The notes under the pieces were generated by a model, which was not told where the DNA came from, ran no database searches, and was given only the letters and a program-made list of their open reading frames with translations. From Gemmatimonadales bacterium (GTDB lineage Bacteria > Gemmatimonadota > Gemmatimonadetes > Gemmatimonadales > GWC2-71-9), in contig JBDIWC010000006.1 in the NCBI GenBank assembly GCA_039794085.1, positions 14,262 to 78,261 of the forward strand: 64,000 nt of DNA. Reading direction: 5' to 3'. The position numbers and the translations under genes are program-made. Below, in pieces: positions 48,143-55,303 of this stretch; position 1 is the first letter of the stretch; every line of letters begins with the position of its first letter.

Positions 48143-49344
48143 GGGCTCACCGGAGGGTTCGCCGGGGATGGTGTCACCAGGCGGACAGGAAATCCCACGG
48201 GAATCATCCCGCGGCGCAGGTATTCCATCTTGGCGGTTTCGGTGACGTCGCTGGCGAAGACGAACTCATGCCGGGTGTCGATCACGTAGGCCTTGACGCG
48301 AATCACCGTGAGGAACACCTCCCGAAACTCATCCTTGACCAGCACCACGATGGGCTTGTCGAGGTGAGTGTACTTCGACATGGCGGCCGCACTGTGGGCG
48401 ATCTCGCGCGCCTCCCGGGGATCGACCCACCCCGGCAGGTACAGGTCCACCACCACCTGACAGTCGAGCGCCCCGGTGTTGGCATTGGCCACATGTGCCT
48501 CGACCACGGCGCCATTCGGCACGGAGACCAGGCTGTCATCCGGGGTCTGGAGCCGGGTGGCCCGCAGACCGATGCTCATCACCTCACCGTAGGTTTCTCC
48601 GACACGGACCTTGTCCCCGACCTGGAACGGCTGGTCAAAGATGATGATGAGCCCCCCCAGGAAATCCTTCAGTACCCCCTGGGAGGCGAAACCGACACCC
48701 ACTCCCACGGCGGCCCCCACCGCCAGGAGTCCGCTCTGATCCAGGTCGTACACCACGGCCACGATCAGCCAGGTGGCGAAGGTGTAGATCACGAGCCGGG
48801 CCACCGGCAGGAACCGCATGTAGTACAGGCGGCGCTTGGCGCTCCGTTCCGCGAGCCCGGTCAGCAACCAGCTGAGGAGACGGATCAGGATCCAGGCCAG
48901 CCCGAGGACCACCACGGCCCAGATGGTTCTCATCCCGTAACGGCGTACCCCGGCAATCGCTTCGGATGCACTGGGCGCCCCGGTGCCGGTGTCCGCCGCA
49001 ACTTCGGCGAGTGCCTGCTGTGCACGGGCCGCGACAGACTCGGACAACAGCACGACCGTCGTCCCCAGGCGACTGATCTCCTGACGGAGACTGTCCAGGG
49101 TGCTGCGAGGTACCACCACCGTGTCGGATGACGCGGTCAGAGTGTCGGGGGGCGTGGACGTGGTGTCGGAAGGCGGGCGTTGCGTGGACGAATCCTGCTC
49201 ACCGAGCCCGGACCCCGCCCCCGGGTCGGGAGAGGTGACGGCGACGGTGTCCCCCCCGAGAGCGGGAGGGGTGCTCTCGGAGCCGCGGCAGGCGGGTGTC
49301 CCCACCACGAACAGACAGACCGACACCAACCGGATCAGGGACAT
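48139..49344 (-). CDS. MscS-family mechanosensitive channel homologue with long secreted/lipoprotein-like N-terminal extension
   Basis: 401 aa. N-terminal VCLFVVGTPAC, S/T/P-rich linker, TM helices, FDQPFQVGDKVRVGETYGEVMSIGLRATRLQTPDDSLVSVPNG (MscS core). Confidence 0.85.
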   Translation of the reverse strand: MSLIRLVSVCLFVVGTPACRGSESTPPALGGDTVAVTSPDPGAGSGLGEQDSSTQRPPSDTTSTPPDTLTASSDTVVVPRSTLDSLRQEISRLGTTVVLLSESVAARAQQALAEVAADTGTGAPSASEAIAGVRRYGMRTIWAVVVLGLAWILIRLLSWLLTGLAERSAKRRLYYMRFLPVARLVIYTFATWLIVAVVYDLDQSGLLAVGAAVGVGVGFASQGVLKDFLGGLIIIFDQPFQVGDKVRVGETYGEVMSIGLRATRLQTPDDSLVSVPNGAVVEAHVANANTGALDCQVVVDLYLPGWVDPREAREIAHSAAAMSKYTHLDKPIVVLVKDEFREVFLTVIRVKAYVIDTRHEFVFASDVTETAKMEYLRRGMIPVGFPVRLVTPSPANPPVSP

Positions 49345-49418
49345 GGCCAGGATAACTCCCCGGAGAGTGGGAATGGGGCTTCGGAGAATATACTCCGACC
49401 CTGGATGGGCGCTCTCGC

Positions 49419-50171
49419 TCAGGGTCGAACCGGGAATCCCCTCTCGCGGAGGTGCGCACGGGCCTCGGGCAGGGAGCTACCCTGGTCGTGGAAGATGGTC
49501 GCCGCCAGAACGGCGTGGGCCCCGGCCGTCAACGCTTCGGCGAGATGCTCGAGGGTTCCCGCCCCTCCGGACGCCACCACCGGGATGCGCACCGTCTGAG
49601 CGGCACGCGCGAGCAGTTCGAGATCATACCCCCGCCCCGTTCCGTCCCGGTCCATCGACGTCAACAGGATCTCGCCAGCGCCCCGGGCCTCGGCCTCCCG
49701 AATCCAGTCGAGGCCGTCGCGGTGGGTCGGCTCCTTCCCGCCGCGAACCATCACCTGGTAGACCTCGCCATTCCATCGAACGTCCACCGCGACGACGATG
49801 CACTGACTCCCGAAGGCACGTGACAGCCGGGTGACGAGATCCGGGTCCCGCACGGCGGCGCTGTTGACCGCGATCTTGTCCGCTCCGGCGCGGAGTGTCC
49901 GGGCCGCATCCTTCTCGGAGCGGATCCCTCCGCCCACCGTGAAGGGAATGAAGATCGAGTCGGCCACGCGCGAGACGACATCGAGGGTCGTGGCCCGGTC
50001 CTCATCGGTGGCGGAGATATCCAGCAGGACGAGTTCGTCCGCCCCGTCCCGGTCGTAGCGCGTCGCCTGGGTCACGGGGTCACCGGCGTCGCGGAGTGAT
50101 GTGAAGTGCACACCCTTGACCACCCGTCCTCCGGCCACATCGAGACAGGGAATGATCCGCCGGGCTAGCAC
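49419..50171 (-). CDS. hisF: Imidazole glycerol phosphate synthase cyclase subunit HisF
   Basis: MLARRIIPCLDVAGGRVVKGVHF...DELVLLDI...GGGIRS...ADKIAVNSAA. Confidence 0.97.
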   Translation of the reverse strand: MLARRIIPCLDVAGGRVVKGVHFTSLRDAGDPVTQATRYDRDGADELVLLDISATDEDRATTLDVVSRVADSIFIPFTVGGGIRSEKDAARTLRAGADKIAVNSAAVRDPDLVTRLSRAFGSQCIVVAVDVRWNGEVYQVMVRGGKEPTHRDGLDWIREAEARGAGEILLTSMDRDGTGRGYDLELLARAAQTVRIPVVASGGAGTLEHLAEALTAGAHAVLAATIFHDQGSSLPEARAHLRERGFPVRP

Positions 50172-50638
50172 AGGCGAAGCACGTCTTCGAGGGGCCCGGC
50201 ATCGCCCCCTTGCAGCAGGACAAGAAGGTCGTCGAGGGCCCGTCGTTCGCGGGGCCAGCTGAACCGGGCCCGCGCCTCTCCCGGAGCCAGCCAGACATGA
50301 TCATCGTGCTCCGCCCCGAGAGAGACCTCGCTCCCCGGGGCCACCATCGCGGCGAAGGCGGGGATGATCGCCACGGCGTTGTCCCGGTGCAGAAAGAACG
50401 ATTCACACCGGCTCAGGTTGTACCACGCCATCGGCTCGAGTCCGGTCTCCTCCCGCAGTTCCCTCCGTGCGGTGTCCACCGGGTTCTCCCCCGGCTCCAC
50501 ATGTCCATGCACCGACTCCCAGGCCCCGGGGCATCGGCCCGTCGGCGCCCGGCGGAGCACGAGGCATTCGAGGTCATCCCCCCCCCTGCCGCGGCGCACG
50601 ACGTAGACATCCACATACACGATGCGCAGGGAGGTCAC
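50165..50638 (-). CDS. Nudix hydrolase embedded in the his operon
   Basis: GTG 50638 overlaps the hisH stop (GTGA). Stop overlaps the hisF start by 7 nt. Nudix box GHVEPGENPVDTARRELREETGL. Confidence 0.8.
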   Translation of the reverse strand: MTSLRIVYVDVYVVRRGRGGDDLECLVLRRAPTGRCPGAWESVHGHVEPGENPVDTARRELREETGLEPMAWYNLSRCESFFLHRDNAVAIIPAFAAMVAPGSEVSLGAEHDDHVWLAPGEARARFSWPRERRALDDLLVLLQGGDAGPLEDVLRLC

Positions 50639-51255
50639 GGCGCCCACCGTGTGAAGGCGCGCAGCAGCTCCACGCCCGCCTGCTGCGACTTCTCGGGATG
50701 GAACTGGGCGCCGAGAACGTTCTCCGATCCGATGATCGTCGGAAACGGATCCTCGTACTCCGCGACGGCGAGCACGGAGGGTTCCGGAACATCCGCGGGG
50801 TGGTAGCTGTGAACGTGGTAGTAGAACTGAGGCCCGTCCCGCAGCAGAGCCCCGACCACGGGATGGGCACCCGCGGCGGGGGTCCCGGTTACCTCCGCCC
50901 ACCCGACGTGGGGGACGGGCAGGGTGGTCCGGAATCGGATCACTCGGCCCGGCAGCAGGCCCAACCCCGGAAGGCCCGGGGCCTCTTCACTGCTGGCGCA
51001 GCAGACCTGGAGGCCCAGACAGATGCCGAGCACGGGGCGGCCGACTTCGGCGACGGAGCGGATCGCGTCGCCGAGCCCGGTCCGGGTGAGGGTACGCATG
51101 GCGGAGTCGAAATGCCCCACTCCGGGCACCACGACGCGATCGGCCCGGGCCACGGTCGCGGGGTCACTGGTCAGGGTCCCTTCCGCGCCGGCCGCCTCCA
51201 GGGCGCGCACCACGGAGCGGAGGTTGTTCACGCCGTAATCCACCACGGCGATCAC
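50635..51255 (-). CDS. hisH: Imidazole glycerol phosphate synthase glutamine amidotransferase subunit HisH
   Basis: MIAVVDYGVNNLRSV...VVPGVGHF...PVLGICLGLQ (Cys nucleophile)...FHPEKS. Confidence 0.96.
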   Translation of the reverse strand: MIAVVDYGVNNLRSVVRALEAAGAEGTLTSDPATVARADRVVVPGVGHFDSAMRTLTRTGLGDAIRSVAEVGRPVLGICLGLQVCCASSEEAPGLPGLGLLPGRVIRFRTTLPVPHVGWAEVTGTPAAGAHPVVGALLRDGPQFYYHVHSYHPADVPEPSVLAVAEYEDPFPTIIGSENVLGAQFHPEKSQQAGVELLRAFTRWAP

Positions 51256-51845
51256 AGGACACCCTTCGTGGAGGGAATGCCCACGACACGCGGATCACGA
51301 CTCGTGGCGTGGTCGAGAGCTCGCGCAAAGGCCTTGACGGTCGCTTCCACGATGTGGTGCGGATTGTCCCCTCGGAGCAGATCGAGATGCACCGTGAGAC
51401 CGGCGTGGGTCACCAGGGCGCGGAAGAACTCGGGCGTGAGGAACACATCGTAGTCCCCGAGCATCTGCCACTTGGGAATCTCGATCTGGTAGGCCAGGTA
51501 GGGCCGACCGGAGACGTCAACGACGGCGCGCACCAGCGCATCGTCGAGGGGAACGGTGGCTTCGCCGTACCGCCGGATGCCGGCCCGATCTCCCAGCGCC
51601 TCGGCGAGAGCCTGTCCGAGGACGATCCCGGTGTCCTCCACGGTGTGGTGTCCGTCCACGTGGAGGTCACCGGCCCCTTCGACGGTGAGGTCGAAGAGTC
51701 CGTGCCGGGCAAACGCCTCGAGCATGTGATCGAAGAACCCGATCCCCGTGCCACACGCGCACTGGCCGGTTCCGTCGAGTGCGAGGCGCACGCGCAGGGT
51801 GGTCTCCCGGGTGTCCCGGCGCCGATCCCCCACACGCGCCGTCAT
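51252..51845 (-). CDS. hisB: Imidazoleglycerol-phosphate dehydratase HisB
   Basis: Start MTARVGDRRRDTRETTLRV... GIGFFDHMLEAFARHG...GDLHVDGHHTVEDTGI...NPHHIVEA. ATGA overlap with the hisC stop. Confidence 0.95.
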   Translation of the reverse strand: MTARVGDRRRDTRETTLRVRLALDGTGQCACGTGIGFFDHMLEAFARHGLFDLTVEGAGDLHVDGHHTVEDTGIVLGQALAEALGDRAGIRRYGEATVPLDDALVRAVVDVSGRPYLAYQIEIPKWQMLGDYDVFLTPEFFRALVTHAGLTVHLDLLRGDNPHHIVEATVKAFARALDHATSRDPRVVGIPSTKGVL

Positions 51846-52939
51846 GGGAGGATGACCCGGAGGGCCGCACAGGTTCGTTCCATGTCCTCCTCCGTTCCGA
51901 TCGTGATCCGAAGACACTCCGCAAGACCCTCGCCCTGGCTCACATCGCGCACCAGGATTCCGAACTCCGCCAGGAGGCGGGCGAACACCGTCGCGGCCGG
52001 TACCCGGTCACACCGAATCAACAGAAAGTTGGCTTCTCCCGGGTAGACGTGCAGCCCGGGAAGGCGGCGGAGCTCGTCCCGAATACGCTCCCGGCGTTCC
52101 ACGAGTTCCGCCACCCGGGCGTGGATGGTGGTCTGGTGATCCAGAAGAGTCAGCGCCACATCCAGGGTGAACCGGTTGACGTTGTAGGGGAGCTTCGCCT
52201 TGTGCATCTCGGAGGCCAGCGCGGGATGGGCCAGGGCGTATCCGAACCGGAGTCCGGCCAGACCGAACGCCTTGCTGAATGTTCGCACGACCACCACCCG
52301 GGCCGACTCCCGGAGCAGGGGGACCATGGTGTCGCCCCCAAACTCCTGATAGGCCTCGTCGACGAGGATGAGGGCCTCGGTCTCGGCCAGGAGGCGTTCC
52401 ACCAGGGGGCGCGGGCAGATCGTGCCGGTGGGGTTGTTGGGCGTGCAGACCACCACCACCCGCGCGTCGTGCGCCGCCCGGAGCAGCGGTGCCGCTTCCC
52501 AGGCAAACTCCGCTCCCAGGGACACCCCGTGCCACCGGGCCCCGGCCACCCCGGCCAGCAGCCGGTACAGGCTGAAAGTGGGGCTCGGGGTCACGACCCG
52601 ATCACCGGACCGGAGGGTGACCGCGAAGGTGGCCTGGATCAGCTCGTTCGAGCCATTCCCCACCAGCACCCCCTCGGGAACCCACTCGTGCCTCTCGGCC
52701 AGGCGGGCCGTCAACTCGGCGGGGACGAACGCGGGATACCGGTTCCAGGGGGCGGACACAATCCGGTCGGCCAGGGTGCGCTTCCACGGGTCCGGCAGGT
52801 CAAAGGGGCTCTCGTTCTGATTCAGCTTGATGGGCGCGTCGGGTGCGTTCAGCGTGTAGCCCTGGAGACTCCGCACCTCGGGCGTGACCAGCGCGAGGAC
52901 AGCATCGGCTCCGGGGAGCCGGGACGGAGGGGAGGTCAT
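51842..52939 (-). CDS. hisC: Histidinol-phosphate aminotransferase HisC
   Basis: Start MTSPPSRLPG... KLNQNESPFDLP, TPNNPTG, SKAFGLAGLRFGY (PLP lysine). Starts 1 nt after the stop of the upstream GspE-REC gene. Confidence 0.9.
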   Translation of the reverse strand: MTSPPSRLPGADAVLALVTPEVRSLQGYTLNAPDAPIKLNQNESPFDLPDPWKRTLADRIVSAPWNRYPAFVPAELTARLAERHEWVPEGVLVGNGSNELIQATFAVTLRSGDRVVTPSPTFSLYRLLAGVAGARWHGVSLGAEFAWEAAPLLRAAHDARVVVVCTPNNPTGTICPRPLVERLLAETEALILVDEAYQEFGGDTMVPLLRESARVVVVRTFSKAFGLAGLRFGYALAHPALASEMHKAKLPYNVNRFTLDVALTLLDHQTTIHARVAELVERRERIRDELRRLPGLHVYPGEANFLLIRCDRVPAATVFARLLAEFGILVRDVSQGEGLAECLRITIGTEEDMERTCAALRVILP

Positions 52940-52940
52940 G

Positions 52941-55190
52941 TCACGCGGGGCGACGGCCATCGAGCAGCGCGTCGATCCGCGCCGCCAGGGCCCGGGCCCG
53001 GAACGGCTTGGTGAGGAAGTCCGCCGCCCCGAGTTCCAGGACCCGGACCTCGTTGTCCTCGTCACCCTTGGCCGTCAGAACAACCACCGGCACCCCCCGC
53101 ATGGCGGGACGGGAACGGATCTGGGCCAGCACCTCGTAGCCGTCGATCCCCGGCAGGTTCAGGTCGAGGATGATCACATCGGGGGCGTGCCGGTCGACCA
53201 TGTCGAGCGCCTCGACGCCGTCCGCCGCTTCCAGAACCTGATAGCCCGCCCGCTCCATCAGATCCCGCATCGCCCGCCGGAGGTGTTCTTCGTCATCCAC
53301 CAGGAGCAACCGGGCCTTGGTGCTTTTCGACGAGCCGTCTCCGGGTTCCGACGCCATCTCATCCACCAGGTCGAAATCAGGGAGGACGGCCTCGGAATCC
53401 TGGCGCACCCCCGGGAAGGTCGGAGCTCCGCCGGGCGGCGGAGGGGCGACGGAGGCCACGGGCGGTTCGGGAGCGGCCTGGGGAACCGGCACCGAGGCGA
53501 AGGCCTTGCGGGGAGGGTCGGTGACCCGCATCACTTCGTCGATCGAGGTCAGGCCCAGCAGGGCCCGGTCGATGGCGCTCTCGAACAGGGACCGCATGCC
53601 GTTCACCCGGGCGGCCTGCGCGATGGTGTCGGCGGTGGCCCCACTCCCGATGAGCCGTTCCAGTTCGGGACTCATGGTGAGAATTTCCACCACCCCGAGC
53701 CGGCCTCGATACCCGGTCTGGGTGCACTCGGGACAGCCCACCGCCCGATAGAGTGTGGCCCCGTCGGGGATCCATTCCGCCACCCGTGCCGGCGGGGGAT
53801 CGGTGGTCACCTCACGACACACCGGACAGAGTCGCCGCACCAGGCGCTGAGCCACCACGCCGCGAAGGGCGGAGGCGATCTTGTACCCCTCCATCCCCAT
53901 GTCGGTGAGACGGGTGACACTGTTGGGGGCGTCGTTCGTGTGCAGGGTGGACAGGACCAGGTGGCCGGTGAGCGACGCCTGAATCGCGATTTGCGCGGTC
54001 TCGCCGTCCCGGATCTCGCCCACGAGCACCACGTCCGGATCCTGGCGGAGAATGGATCGCAGGGCCGTGGCGAAGGTCAATCCGGCGCGCTCGTTGGTCT
54101 GCACCTGCACGATGTTCGCGCCGAGCCGGTACTCGACCGGGTCCTCGACGGTGACGATGTTGACACCCTCACTCTGAATGGCCCGCAGGGTGGCGTACAG
54201 CGTGGTGGTCTTCCCCGATCCCGTGGGACCGGTCACCAGAATGATCCCTTCCTTGTTCCGGAGGAGCCCCTCCAGCGCCTCCCGCTCCGAGGCCATGAGG
54301 CCCAGGGCATCGAGGCTCAGAACCGTCGACTTCGTATTGAGGACCCGGATGACGATCTTCTCCCCGTGCGTCGCCGGGAGCGTGGAGACCCGCAGGTCCA
54401 CCTGGTCCTTGTTGACGAGCATCCGGGTCCGGCCGTCCTGAGGCCGAAGACGGTCGGAGATGTCCATCCCCGAGACGATCTTGATCCTCGACACCAGCGG
54501 AATCCCCGCGGACCGGGGGATTCTCATGACCTGCCGCAGCACACCGTCGATCCGGTAACGCACCACCAGACCGCCCTCGACGGGCTCGATGTGGATGTCA
54601 CTCGCCCGGCTGGCGATCCCGTCCGCCAGGAGGGTGTCCACCAGCTTGATGATCGGACGCTTGGCCGCCTCCGCCGCGGCGAAGGAGACCTCATCCTCGG
54701 TCGTCTCCGTGATCTGAGACACCTCGGCTTCGTCGACCATCCCGCCGAGCAGCTTGGCCACGACGTCTTCGGGCCGGTACACCTCGTCGAGCTGTTCCCG
54801 GATCTTCGCGGGAGAGGCCAGAAGCATCCGGACTTCGAGACCGGTGGCAAACGACAGCATCTTGTCGGCGTCCATATCGAACGGATTCGAGGTCGCCACT
54901 TCGATGAAGGAGTCGGTGATCCGGAGGGGAAGCGCCTGGTACCGGCGGGCCAGGTTCTCGGGGACCGATTGCACCGCGGCCCGATCCGCCTCGCGCACGT
55001 TGGCGAGCTGCAGCCGGAACCGGGCAGCCACCGCCTCCAGAATCTGGTCGTCGGTCAGCCGGCGACGCTGCGTGACCGTCTCCCACACCGAGTCGGGGCG
55101 CTCCTGATCCATGCGCAGCCGATCCACTTCCCCCGGCTCCAGCAAGGGAGCCAGGGTGGGAACCAGCCACTCGTCCTGAAATTCAGCCAT
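52941..55190 (-). CDS. Type II/IV secretion-family ATPase (GspE/PilB-like) fused to a C-terminal response-regulator receiver domain
   Basis: T2SSE_N-like N-terminus. Walker A VTGPTGSGKTTT, Walker B-like GVNIVTVEDPVE, tetracysteine CPVC...CPEC. After a P-rich linker, LLLVDDEEHL...VIILDLNLPGIDG...VVVLTAKG...FLTKPF (REC). Confidence 0.85.
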   Translation of the reverse strand: MAEFQDEWLVPTLAPLLEPGEVDRLRMDQERPDSVWETVTQRRRLTDDQILEAVAARFRLQLANVREADRAAVQSVPENLARRYQALPLRITDSFIEVATSNPFDMDADKMLSFATGLEVRMLLASPAKIREQLDEVYRPEDVVAKLLGGMVDEAEVSQITETTEDEVSFAAAEAAKRPIIKLVDTLLADGIASRASDIHIEPVEGGLVVRYRIDGVLRQVMRIPRSAGIPLVSRIKIVSGMDISDRLRPQDGRTRMLVNKDQVDLRVSTLPATHGEKIVIRVLNTKSTVLSLDALGLMASEREALEGLLRNKEGIILVTGPTGSGKTTTLYATLRAIQSEGVNIVTVEDPVEYRLGANIVQVQTNERAGLTFATALRSILRQDPDVVLVGEIRDGETAQIAIQASLTGHLVLSTLHTNDAPNSVTRLTDMGMEGYKIASALRGVVAQRLVRRLCPVCREVTTDPPPARVAEWIPDGATLYRAVGCPECTQTGYRGRLGVVEILTMSPELERLIGSGATADTIAQAARVNGMRSLFESAIDRALLGLTSIDEVMRVTDPPRKAFASVPVPQAAPEPPVASVAPPPPGGAPTFPGVRQDSEAVLPDFDLVDEMASEPGDGSSKSTKARLLLVDDEEHLRRAMRDLMERAGYQVLEAADGVEALDMVDRHAPDVIILDLNLPGIDGYEVLAQIRSRPAMRGVPVVVLTAKGDEDNEVRVLELGAADFLTKPFRARALAARIDALLDGRRPA

Positions 55191-55303
55191 CCGCAGCGTT
55201 GCTCCCTTTGCGCTGGTAGAACACCAACAAAGATACCCTCACACCCGATGGATTGAGCACCGGTGGGACGGCCCTGACCTGGATATTCCCGTGTGAGGAT
55301 CCT

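Noticed and set aside
43919-48289. Plus-strand ORFs of 797 aa (43919-46312) and 650 aa (46337-48289)
   Set aside because: They are antisense shadows of the MscS and 1,073-aa genes. They have R/G/P/H-rich composition and no recognisable domains, whereas the minus-strand frames carry clear MscS and P-loop motifs and coupled junctions.
50165-50638. The gene between hisH and hisF considered as a short or divergent hisA
   Set aside because: It is 158 aa with a clear Nudix box (GHVEPGENPVDTARRELREETGL). It lacks the (beta/alpha)8 HisA motifs and length (about 245 aa).
52884-55256. 790-aa plus-strand ORF. Similar long ORFs at 57962-60013 (-), 60315-62420 (+), 62275-63987 (+), 854-2644 (-), 3065-5086 (-) and 36821-38470 (-)
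   Set aside because: All of them lie opposite genes with unambiguous family signatures (GspE, cyclase/maf/dtd, glmS, glmM, aminotransferase, M49 peptidase, acyltransferase/TonB receptor) and have shadow-ORF composition.
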